Shown: positions 5,566 through 13,151, counted from the first letter of the stretch. The stretch is 53,428 nt of DNA from a virus (IMGVR_UViG_3300031857_000258:1-53428), one strand, 5' to 3'. Made by a program: numbers and translations. The notes: generated from the sequence alone by a model not told the origin.

Positions 5566-5750
5566 TATGCTTGTATATCTACGTTTTGACCCTTAACATC
5601 AGGTCTGATTTGACCGTGTTTATCATAAAGGTATTGTACAATCTCTACAACTTTTTTATCGGTTGCAGGATCAATTAAAGTCTTATATACTGTTTTGCGA
5701 TATTGGTCATAAACCATATCCCAACTATTTGTTATGCTTTGTACTATCAT
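5565..5750 (-). CDS. Hypothetical protein
   Basis: 61-aa ORF with GGAG RBS between tRNAs. Confidence 0.6.
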   Translation of the reverse strand: MIVQSITNSWDMVYDQYRKTVYKTLIDPATDKKVVEIVQYLYDKHGQIRPDVKGQNVDIQA

Positions 5751-5762
5751 AGATATATTTCT

Positions 5763-5806
5763 CCATATAAAAACACACTAGACCCCGTTAGTATGTTTTT
5801 ATATGG
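5763..5806 (-). other. 18-bp hairpin starting at tRNA-Gln CCA (same family as 2667-2748)
   Basis: CCATATAAAAACATACTA-ACGGGGTC-TAGTGTGTTTTTATATGG. Confidence 0.55.
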
Positions 5807-5877
5807 CACCCGAGGTAGGAATCGAACCTACAATATCAGAGTCAAAGTCTGGTGTGTTACCACTACACTACTCGGGA
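5804..5877 (-). tRNA. tRNA-Gln(TTG), first gene of the array
   Basis: Loop CT TTG AC, G73, CCA. Confidence 0.92.
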
Positions 5878-5879
5878 TC

Positions 5880-5905
5880 AAATTACACTTAACTTTTTAA
5901 AGAAC
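5880..5905 (-). promoter_or_regulatory. boxA-like antitermination element (copy 1)
   Basis: GTTCTTTAAAAA just downstream of promoter; 26-nt exact repeat of 4250-4275. Confidence 0.6.
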
Positions 5906-5912
5906 TGTGTGT

Positions 5913-5964
5913 ATTGTACATGACTCCTAATCTTTGTCAATACACTTGTTGTAAGATTACAACA
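5913..5964 (-). promoter_or_regulatory. sigma70-type promoter of tRNA array with TGTTG-N8-CAACA palindrome
   Basis: TTGACA-16-TACAAT; palindrome 5947-5964. Confidence 0.7.
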
Positions 5965-5969
5965 CTTCC

Positions 5970-6006
5970 AAACAAAAAACCCTCAGATTTTTTAGGTCTG
6001 AGGGTT
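5970..6006 (-). terminator. Intrinsic terminator (attenuator 3:4 hairpin) ahead of tRNA array
   Basis: AACCCTCAGA-CCTAAAAAA-TCTGAGGGTT followed by TTTTGTTT. Confidence 0.85.
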
Positions 6007-6054
6007 GTGAAACTTTAGTTTACTTTTAAGGTTTACCTTGCTCCACTACCCCCA
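5999..6054 (-). promoter_or_regulatory. Predicted antiterminator helix (2:3)
   Basis: TGGGGGTAGTGGAGC (6054-6040) pairs with GTTTCACAACCCTCA (6013-5999) at 14 of 15 positions incl. G:U, overlapping the terminator 5' arm. Confidence 0.7.
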
Positions 6055-6143
6055 ACTCCGTGCGCCCATGACTGATTATCGCTACCAATAAATGGTGTGC
6101 GATACTCGCATGTTAACAAAGAGGGTTTCGATATGAGGAACAA
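6033..6143 (-). CDS. Putative attenuator leader peptide, 36 aa, containing all 20 amino acids
   Basis: GGAG-7nt-TTG start; MFLISKPSLLTCEYRTPFIGSDNQSWAHGVGGSGAR*; 32 distinct codons in 36. Confidence 0.75.
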   Translation of the reverse strand: MFLISKPSLLTCEYRTPFIGSDNQSWAHGVGGSGAR

Positions 6144-6224
6144 AATTTATCTCCGATAAAAATTAAATTGTAACATTATATAGGCTTCTTGGCAATAGAT
6201 TTGTGGTATTTTTTAAAAATATTT

Positions 6225-6950
6225 TTAAATATTTTCCCACTTACCATGTTCGATAGGCACCCAATGTTCTGGATCACGGACAATTTCAAATGTTGTTGGT
6301 GGCCATGTAATTGCGTGGCGTTGAAGTTGTGTCTGCACCAGATGTTCTGGATTATATTTGATACCTTCATTGTAGAATCTATCAAAATTAACTACAGCAT
6401 CAGCATAGATGGACATTGCATATGGGAGTCCAATTGCAAATTGGTCATTGAAGTTTGGTACATAGCCGTAACGTTGATTGTTTGGAATGTATATTGTGTT
6501 TGGTGATTTTAATAAACACTCATGTGCCAATTTCAAATCAATTGGCTCACTCAATCCTAAATCTGTGCGGGAACGAATTACCAAATCATATGCGTCAAGT
6601 TCTCTACGCCACAAATCACAATACTGAAGACACTTGTATTGTTGCCAAACATTTTTTGGTGTACTGTTATACGGCTCATATTCTTTAGGCAATTCTTCAA
6701 ATGTGGAAGGATCAAGAACTTCGATGAACTTGATTTTATACCAAGGAGGAAGATGTGCTTGCAGTTTGTCTCTGACTTCTCCCGCAGATTTTAAATCACA
6801 CCAATTTTTGGATATTTTTGGGTCCCATCCGAATTCTCTACGCCAGAATACGATGTATACATCGATAGCTGATTTGGTTAGATTTTGGAGTTGTGAATCA
6901 AAGTCTATTGAGAATCGTGGATTACCCGTTAGAAGTAGTGCTGTTTTCAT
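6225..6950 (-). CDS. Hypothetical protein, glycosyltransferase-like
   Basis: KTALLLTGNPR...YDLVIRSRTDL...FNDQFAIG...YNPEHL motif set seen in putative sugar-transferase families. Confidence 0.55.
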   Translation of the reverse strand: MKTALLLTGNPRFSIDFDSQLQNLTKSAIDVYIVFWRREFGWDPKISKNWCDLKSAGEVRDKLQAHLPPWYKIKFIEVLDPSTFEELPKEYEPYNSTPKNVWQQYKCLQYCDLWRRELDAYDLVIRSRTDLGLSEPIDLKLAHECLLKSPNTIYIPNNQRYGYVPNFNDQFAIGLPYAMSIYADAVVNFDRFYNEGIKYNPEHLVQTQLQRHAITWPPTTFEIVRDPEHWVPIEHGKWENI

Positions 6951-7461
6951 TTGTCAAGTATTTCCATTTTATATCTTCTTTTTTTATTGGTGCATCAGGA
7001 TTACTGATACCTTCAAATACATCCCATAATTCTTCTTTGACCGCAAACTTAGTCCACAGTCCAGTTTCTAAACTATATGCTTCCAATTCCCACGGATGTT
7101 GATAGTAATCTATAGCATCAGCATCAATTGAAATTCCTTTCCATTTGGAAAGAGTTTCGTTTGTTTCGCCGTGTGCAAACTGTTTGATATGAACCATTTC
7201 ATGTGCAAGTGTTTTTAATATTTCTGCGGCACCAAGCCATGGATGTACTTCAATCATGAATTCTCTTGCCTTGTTTGAGGCGTTATATTCTTCTATTGAA
7301 GCAAGTGCCCAAACAGTTAATTTTGGATTGAACTTGACTGTCAGATAAATGTTATCTCTTAGTCTTTTGGAGTGTATCAGATTTTGAGCGTAAAATTCTA
7401 CAGCCCTTTCAACAAAGGGTTTGAAATCTTTATCCGGACAGTTGAATATTCTGACCTTCAT
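6922..7461 (-). CDS. Zn metallopeptidase-like protein (HExxH)
   Basis: TLAHEMVHIKQ and downstream PWELEAY; likely start MKVRIF with GGAG RBS. Confidence 0.7.
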   Translation of the reverse strand: MKVRIFNCPDKDFKPFVERAVEFYAQNLIHSKRLRDNIYLTVKFNPKLTVWALASIEEYNASNKAREFMIEVHPWLGAAEILKTLAHEMVHIKQFAHGETNETLSKWKGISIDADAIDYYQHPWELEAYSLETGLWTKFAVKEELWDVFEGISNPDAPIKKEDIKWKYLTNENSTTSNG

Positions 7462-7482
7462 GTTATCTCCAGTTGCTATCAA

Positions 7483-7490
7483 TATTTAGT
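7483..7490 (-). promoter_or_regulatory. Possible T4-type late promoter
   Basis: ACTAAATA, variant of TATAAATA, upstream of peptidase gene. Confidence 0.45.
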
Positions 7491-7515
7491 CACTGGAACA
7501 TTTCATATTATGAAA

Positions 7516-7965
7516 TTAAACTTGAGTTATTTGTACACCCGATTTTTCGAGGAACGTAACGCCATCAGTATTCCGATAAGAGTTCCGATATAGAACACTG
7601 CTAATGCCACTTTGGTAGATAAGTTTGGCACAGTCCAAACATGGAGCGTGGGTAATGAACATAGTAGCACCCAAACCAGATTCTGTAGATTTAGCCAACT
7701 TGGCAATTGCGTTTGTTTCAGCATGAAGTACCTCAGGTTTGGTTTTCAATTCTTTAATTTCTCTTTGCGGAATACCATCAATTACGGCAACAACCAATTC
7801 TTCTTCACAGTTGTTGTCCCAACCGGAGGGCATTCCGTTGTAACCAATAGAAATGATGCGGTCATCTTTTACGACAATCGCACCAACATGAAGCCTACGT
7901 GCTGAAGACAGTTCTGCGAACACCTCAGCCGTTTTCATATACGCATCAATAAATTTTTGTTTCAT
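7516..7965 (-). CDS. cd: dCMP deaminase
   Basis: IISIGYNG, HAETNAI, HAPCLDCAK motifs. Confidence 0.92.
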   Translation of the reverse strand: MKQKFIDAYMKTAEVFAELSSARRLHVGAIVVKDDRIISIGYNGMPSGWDNNCEEELVVAVIDGIPQREIKELKTKPEVLHAETNAIAKLAKSTESGLGATMFITHAPCLDCAKLIYQSGISSVLYRNSYRNTDGVTFLEKSGVQITQV

Positions 7966-8375
7966 TTACTTTGTTCTGCTAAGATTTTATAACCTTTGCC
8001 TGTTGGGTGAACACCATCACCACTCATATGGTCTTTGGGTCTAGGTAGTACAGTATCACCATACTCACTTGCAATTTTCATTATTGCTTCGTGTGGTACA
8101 GGCTTTCGATCTTTACCTGGATCAATCCAAAAGACACGTTTACCTTTAATGGCTTCACGCATCTTTCTTAACTCGATTTCAGTTTTTACACCTTTGTGGT
8201 CATTAGCACCAAGACTGATAACAATATTTTCATAGGGTTTAGTTGTAGCCTGTGCGAGGTAATCTTTGTTCCATTGCCAAGAGTTCCAACCACCTCTTGA
8301 ATAACTAACACATTCAGGTCGATACATTGCTGTACCAACCGCAATACTGTCACCAATCACCATGCAATCAATCAT
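7962..8375 (-). CDS. SGNH/GDSL hydrolase
   Basis: GDSIA, SLGAND, DGVHP blocks. Confidence 0.85.
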   Translation of the reverse strand: MIDCMVIGDSIAVGTAMYRPECVSYSRGGWNSWQWNKDYLAQATTKPYENIVISLGANDHKGVKTEIELRKMREAIKGKRVFWIDPGKDRKPVPHEAIMKIASEYGDTVLPRPKDHMSGDGVHPTGKGYKILAEQSK

Positions 8376-8500
8376 AGAACCTCATAATCTTCTTTACCAA
8401 CACCACATTCAGGACATTCAAATGTGTCTGGCAATTCATCCCATTTACCTTCTACTGTTTCATCGTGGACATGTCCACATACAATACAAATGTGATCCAT
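8372..8500 (-). CDS. Rubredoxin (42 aa)
   Basis: Hand-translated MDHICIVCGHVHDE...WDELPDTFECPECGVGKEDY; two CxxC; TAATG coupling with rubrerythrin; missed by ORF track. Confidence 0.9.
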   Translation of the reverse strand: MDHICIVCGHVHDETVEGKWDELPDTFECPECGVGKEDYEVL

Positions 8501-8967
8501 TATAGTTTCTCCAATACTTGTTTATATGCATTAGCGTGACGTTCTTCAACTTTCTTCAAAGCATTAAAACGCTTATTTGCTTTAACTAGCAATGCTTTAA
8601 ATGCTTGAGCATGTTCATTAGATTCACGACCTTGTTCATTGAATTCTTTTACAGCCTCAATGTTTTGTTCTGCTTTTGCAATGTATTCAAATTGTGGATA
8701 CATCTCTGTGAATTCATATGTTTCACCTGCAATAGCAAGTTCTAAGCATTCTTTAGTAGTTGGTTTGCCCACTAAGAGTTCTAAATGTCCCCATGCATGT
8801 TTAATTTCTTGGTCGGCTGTTTCTTCAAAATGTTTTGCAACATCTTCAAAACCTTCAGCACGTGCCAATTTGGCAAAATAGCGATACTTGATGTGAGCCA
8901 TCGACTCACCTGCTAAGGCCTTTTCTAAGTTAGCCAGAGTTACAGATTTATGTTCTGTCATATTCAT
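8500..8967 (-). CDS. Rubrerythrin (ferritin-like diiron domain only)
   Basis: NLEKALAGESMAHIKY, EIKHA, GETYEFTEMYP, E..HA motifs. Confidence 0.9.
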   Translation of the reverse strand: MNMTEHKSVTLANLEKALAGESMAHIKYRYFAKLARAEGFEDVAKHFEETADQEIKHAWGHLELLVGKPTTKECLELAIAGETYEFTEMYPQFEYIAKAEQNIEAVKEFNEQGRESNEHAQAFKALLVKANKRFNALKKVEERHANAYKQVLEKL

Positions 8968-8980
8968 CCTTATTGTTAAA

Positions 8981-9055
8981 TGGTCCGGCGTGCAGGAATC
9001 GAACCCACATTCAAGGTGTAGAAGACCTTTGTATTATCCATTATACGAACGCCGG
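8981..9055 (-). tRNA. tRNA-Arg(TCT), solitary
   Basis: Cloverleaf, loop CT TCT AC, CCA. Confidence 0.9.
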
Positions 9056-9060
9056 GTAAA

Positions 9061-9351
9061 TTATTTAGTGTAGTCGATCTTATGAATGAGTTTATCTGCA
9101 TCCATCCAGTAAGAACAAAGTTCAGACTTATCATCCTTTAGACGATTAATCATATCAGTCACACCTTCACGTGTGATTCCACGACCTTCGATAATTTGTT
9201 CACCGAGGAATTTTTGAGTTACTTCATCAAAGTCACGATTGTGTTCAGTCATAACCAATTCATCGTATGCATGTTCAAGGCTTTCCGCCTCGATAACATA
9301 CTTGTTACGAAAAGTAGTCAACACATCAATCTCAAATAACGGCATAGTCAA
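9061..9351 (-). CDS. Hypothetical protein
   Basis: 96-aa ORF in operon context. Confidence 0.7.
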   Translation of the reverse strand: MTMPLFEIDVLTTFRNKYVIEAESLEHAYDELVMTEHNRDFDEVTQKFLGEQIIEGRGITREGVTDMINRLKDDKSELCSYWMDADKLIHKIDYTK

Positions 9352-9538
9352 AGTCCTTTAATAACTTAGTAAGTAAATTTTCACGTTCAATACCCATCAC
9401 TTCATCCAACATACGCTTCAACAAATCAATTTGACCTTGTTTCCATTTACGATCCTCCAAACTATAAGATGAATTCATAATGTCGGTATGCCAAAGGATT
9501 TCAAACTCAAGATAATTGAGAACAACATCCTTTGACAT
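9332..9538 (-). CDS. Hypothetical protein
   Basis: Likely start MSKDVVL directly after the metallophosphoesterase stop. Confidence 0.6.
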   Translation of the reverse strand: MSKDVVLNYLEFEILWHTDIMNSSYSLEDRKWKQGQIDLLKRMLDEVMGIERENLLTKLLKDFDYAVI

Positions 9539-9539
9539 A

Positions 9540-10442
9540 TTAAACCTCAATAAATTGTAGTGTGAAATTATCTGCTTGGTCTTCGTAGTTAACATAACCA
9601 CGTGGATTAGCAACAATGCGTGTAGAACCAATCATGTAATCAAAATTATGATGAGTGTGTCCATGTGTCCACAGTTTGATTTGTGGATGATCCAAAATAA
9701 ATTCAGACAAGTCTGAACTGTAAGCACCATTCACCATCACATCGTTTTCATACTGTGGCTTCGTTGATTGCTTAGAAGGAGCATGATGACCAACAACGAT
9801 CCAATTTTTAAGTGAATGTGAGCCGATTGCTTCTTTCAATGCAACCAAAGTAGCCTTGTGTTCACTCACAGATTTTTCTGGAGAAAACTTAGCTGGACGT
9901 GTATGAAATTGTTGACTAACAATATTGCTGTAGTCTGTGCTTCCATCTTCTTTTGTACCATAAACAGGAGATTTAAAATGAACAACTTCATCACTGTCCT
10001 GAATGATACGATAATCGTTCATGTAACCTTTGATACCGTACAGTGTTTGTGGATCTTCTTTGTTCATGTCAGTCCATAGACTGCCACCAAAGAACATGTT
10101 ACCACCAATCTCAACGAATTCTTTTTCTAGAATGTGTAGATTGACCAGATAACCAAGATTATCACGGAGAGTTGTAAGAGACTTAGCAAAATCACCGTGA
10201 TAGTGTTCATGATTTCCGAGGATGTAAATAACATGAGGAAATCTTGCAGAACATTCTTGAAAGAATGTATGAATTTGGTTAGATTTATCATTCTCACCTC
10301 GGAGATTATAAGTATCACGGGTATAAACATCCTTGGCAACACAAATGTCACCAGACAAGATTAGAACTTCCGCATTTTCGGTGTTCTCCAAGGAAATTGT
10401 ACCAAATTCCAGGTGAACATCGGAACAGAGAGCGACTTTCAT
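9540..10442 (-). CDS. Calcineurin-like metallophosphoesterase
   Basis: SDVH, GD, GNHE, HHAP, HGHTH, NPRGY motifs. Confidence 0.9.
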   Translation of the reverse strand: MKVALCSDVHLEFGTISLENTENAEVLILSGDICVAKDVYTRDTYNLRGENDKSNQIHTFFQECSARFPHVIYILGNHEHYHGDFAKSLTTLRDNLGYLVNLHILEKEFVEIGGNMFFGGSLWTDMNKEDPQTLYGIKGYMNDYRIIQDSDEVVHFKSPVYGTKEDGSTDYSNIVSQQFHTRPAKFSPEKSVSEHKATLVALKEAIGSHSLKNWIVVGHHAPSKQSTKPQYENDVMVNGAYSSDLSEFILDHPQIKLWTHGHTHHNFDYMIGSTRIVANPRGYVNYEDQADNFTLQFIEV

Positions 10443-10627
10443 TTTATTTTCTCCAAAGAATCTTTACGCATATAATGTATAGTTTGTGTTGCATTTGATG
10501 GTGGTTGTTTTACAACAGGCAGAAATATTACACCATCAATCTCTTTGGAAGGCCAATGAGAAAAGGTGTAATATACTTCGGTTTGATGTAGTGCATTCCG
10601 TAGTTTAATGGGTTTTTCGGTTTTCAT
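10439..10627 (-). CDS. Hypothetical protein
   Basis: 62-aa ORF coupled to neighbours (ATGA overlaps). Confidence 0.65.
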   Translation of the reverse strand: MKTEKPIKLRNALHQTEVYYTFSHWPSKEIDGVIFLPVVKQPPSNATQTIHYMRKDSLEKIK

Positions 10628-10749
10628 AATCTAATCAACATAATTAAAAAACAAACTGCAAGAATTCCAAAAGTAAACGTCCGACCCAATAGTGCGCCTA
10701 GGAATGCACCTAAAACAAAAAGACTATATGAGGATAAGAAGATTTCCAT
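10624..10749 (-). CDS. Small membrane protein, 41 aa
   Basis: Hand-translated MEIFLSSYSLFVLGAFLGALLGRTFTFGILAVCFLIMLIRL*; ATGA overlap with next gene. Confidence 0.55.
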   Translation of the reverse strand: MEIFLSSYSLFVLGAFLGALLGRTFTFGILAVCFLIMLIRL

Positions 10750-10774
10750 GTTAGAATCCAAGTTACTTACAAGG

Positions 10775-10827
10775 ATTCTAACAGACTTCTGTTACTTTGT
10801 CAAGTCTTGTGTTGTATTTTTGCTACA
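10775..10827 (-). promoter_or_regulatory. sigma70-type promoter with near-palindrome
   Basis: TTGACA-17-TAGAAT with TG extension; TGTTG-N8-CTACA at 10810-10827 inside hsp20 3' end. Confidence 0.65.
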
Positions 10828-11262
10828 ACCAATTTCGATTTTACGTGGTTTCTTTTCTTCTGGAATGATGTTTACCAGATTGATGACCAGTAGACCGTCA
10901 GCAATATCAGCATCTTTAACAACAATGGTATCAGAAAGTACAAATTTGTGGGAAAAATCCCTTGTACCAATACCACGGTGTAGATACTTATCGGAAGTCC
11001 TTGCGGTCTTGATTGCTCCATTCACGTAAAGTTTTCCACCTTCCGATGTGATTTCAATTTCATCACGTTTGAAACCCGAAACGGCAATTTCAATTGTGTA
11101 GTTTTCATCATCCTCTTTGAGGATATTATATGGAGGATAGGTTTGAACTTTAGCACCTTGTGTCAGAAGATTGTCAAATTCTTCAAAGGTACTTAGAAGT
11201 CGGTCGAAACCGACAGTGGATGGAAGCAAAGATTTGCCATACGGCAACGATAGATGTGTCAT
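10792..11262 (-). CDS. Small heat-shock protein (Hsp20, IbpA-like)
   Basis: GFDRL, YPPYNI, IEIAVSGF, YLHRGI, DGLLVINL, PEEKKPRKIEI. Confidence 0.93.
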   Translation of the reverse strand: MTHLSLPYGKSLLPSTVGFDRLLSTFEEFDNLLTQGAKVQTYPPYNILKEDDENYTIEIAVSGFKRDEIEITSEGGKLYVNGAIKTARTSDKYLHRGIGTRDFSHKFVLSDTIVVKDADIADGLLVINLVNIIPEEKKPRKIEIGCSKNTTQDLTK

Positions 11263-11410
11263 AGTTTTCTCCTAAAAGCGAGTTAAAAAATTGATACCCC
11301 GAAGGCATATCATCCAGCTTACCTTATACTGGTCCGAACTTTCGTGTCGGAGGTGTAATTACACGGACGCCTTTAACCGTAGCATCAAACAGCCCTAAGG
11401 TGGGCTCTTT
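11263..11410 (-). promoter_or_regulatory. Structured hsp20 5' UTR with ROSE-like SD-sequestering hairpin
   Basis: CTCGCT-TTT-AGGAG (11282-11269), preceded by GATATGCC-TTCG-GGGTATC and further hairpins. Confidence 0.55.
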
Positions 11411-11411
11411 T

Positions 11412-11822
11412 TTATTTATCCACGGATTGTGGTTTTTTACCTATGTTGTACTTTGGTACCAATTGCCAATCATTCTTTTCCTTATGTGAAAGAATTTTTA
11501 CCTGAGACAAGGACACAGTTGGCTCCACAGTCTGGTCTTTATTGACAATCTTGATAAGTTCCCAATCTTCCAATAGATTGGTAACAGTATTTCTCCGAGC
11601 AATATCATTCTCGGTCAGGTCTGTTGGCTTACCATCCAAGGAGAATAGTTCTTTGAAGTGTACAATATAATACTTGCCTTGCTTATGCAGAATGTGGCAA
11701 GATTGATATAAAATCTTTTCTTTTTTTGATGCTACACCAATGCGTGTAAGTGTTTCTCGGACCTTTAGGAAATCATCCTTTTCATTCAAGGTCACCTCTA
11801 CCATGTCTTCTATTTTAATCAT
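11412..11822 (-). CDS. regA: RegA translational repressor
   Basis: DFLKVRETLTRIGVAS, LYQSCHILHKQGKYYIVHFKELF. Confidence 0.95.
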   Translation of the reverse strand: MIKIEDMVEVTLNEKDDFLKVRETLTRIGVASKKEKILYQSCHILHKQGKYYIVHFKELFSLDGKPTDLTENDIARRNTVTNLLEDWELIKIVNKDQTVEPTVSLSQVKILSHKEKNDWQLVPKYNIGKKPQSVDK

Positions 11823-12205
11823 TATTTTTTCACTCCGCCTTTTTCTAATTTTTCTTTTATCAAAGCGATTTGTTGATCCGATAGAATGCGTAGGGCTTCT
11901 TTGGCCTTTTCATCAGAATAACCAAAATACTCCTTAACACAATCTAAATCCTTGATGACCGCCTGCTTTTGCCAAGATTGAAACTTACGTTTCATCGGTC
12001 TAATTGTATTTAGAAGATATTGGTATTGTAGTGTTTTGGGTACACTGTGACTCTTATTCAATTCATTTACATATAGAATGCAATCAGGTTGATATGAAAG
12101 GGAACGATTAACAAGAAAGGGTTTGTATGCTTCAAAATCTAATTCTTCTTGAGAAAACTTGTTACGTTTGTTCAGTATAATTTCGACAAAATCAAAAGGA
12201 CTCAT
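11822..12205 (-). CDS. gp62: Clamp loader small subunit gp62
   Basis: YKPFLVNRSLS, VKEYFGYSDEKAKEAL; synteny. Confidence 0.9.
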   Translation of the reverse strand: MSPFDFVEIILNKRNKFSQEELDFEAYKPFLVNRSLSYQPDCILYVNELNKSHSVPKTLQYQYLLNTIRPMKRKFQSWQKQAVIKDLDCVKEYFGYSDEKAKEALRILSDQQIALIKEKLEKGGVKK

Positions 12206-12212
12206 ATCAACC

Positions 12213-13151
12213 TCACTTGAAAGTGCAATCGGCCATGAGTTCTGTAAGAAATGCCATTAGATTGATTTCTTGATCCGCAACGAATGCGGCTTGATACTGA
12301 TATTTTGCCAGATGTAATACAGCTTGTGGAATACTATCAGGAGTCATAGAGTCGTACAAAGACTCATAGATTTTCCTGAAGATGGATGCTGAATCCGAAT
12401 CGATGTTATTGATTACCCACTTACGTGCAGTACCAAAGTCTTTTTCTTTCACCGATTTAATGAGGTCTGAGATTTGCAAATCAGCAACTGCGGCAAGAAT
12501 ACCCTTGTCGATTGTACCACCAACAGCATATCTCTGTAGTTCGTTTAGAACACGGCGGTTATCTGGAAAGTGTTTTGTGATGACAGATGCAACAACTTGC
12601 TTATCGTAAACAATAGCTTCTTGTTCAAGAATCCATTCCACACGCTTGAAGAATTGTGCGGCCATCTTAGCTTTTTGTCCGTTTTGAATCTTAAATTCAA
12701 CAACAGAACAACGAGAATGTAACGGATCAATGATACGATTCTTGAAGTTACATGTAAAGATGAAGGAACAATTAACTGCAAATTCTTCCATAGCACCACG
12801 GAGTGCGGGTTGTGTAGAATTTGGATTTAGATAATCAGCTTCATCGATAATGATGACCTTGCGGCCACCAGAAAGGCTCATTGACGAGGCATAGTTTTTA
12901 ATCTTGTTTCGGAATGTGTCAATACCGCTTTCGTCCGAGCCGTTGATGACGATGTAATCACATCCGACTTCCTCACATAGTGCCTTCGCAATCGTTGTTT
13001 TTCCGACCCCTGCGGATCCAGCAAGTAACAAATTTGGGATTTCTTTTCTGTTGACATATTCTTGAAACGTAGATTTAATAGACTCTGGAAGAATACAGTC
13101 TTCAATTTTATGAGGACGATACTTTTCCACCCACAACATTTGTTCGCTCAT
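12213..13151 (-). CDS. gp44: Clamp loader ATPase gp44
   Basis: WVEKYRP, GSAGVGKT, DEAD, SRC motifs. Confidence 0.95.
   Translation of the reverse strand: MSEQMLWVEKYRPHKIEDCILPESIKSTFQEYVNRKEIPNLLLAGSAGVGKTTIAKALCEEVGCDYIVINGSDESGIDTFRNKIKNYASSMSLSGGRKVIIIDEADYLNPNSTQPALRGAMEEFAVNCSFIFTCNFKNRIIDPLHSRCSVVEFKIQNGQKAKMAAQFFKRVEWILEQEAIVYDKQVVASVITKHFPDNRRVLNELQRYAVGGTIDKGILAAVADLQISDLIKSVKEKDFGTARKWVINNIDSDSASIFRKIYESLYDSMTPDSIPQAVLHLAKYQYQAAFVADQEINLMAFLTELMADCTFK

Noticed and set aside
6176-6385. 69-aa minus ORF near the attenuator
   Set aside because: Alternate frame of the 6225-6950 gene; no RBS; not the leader.
365-9055. Suppressor tRNAs or stop-codon recoding
   Set aside because: No CUA/UUA/UCA anticodon found; core genes are intact under the standard code.
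10439-11822. Absence of DNA polymerase gp43 after regA/hsp20
   Set aside because: Gene order varies among T4-like phages; it is probably elsewhere in the genome, which cannot be judged from this window.
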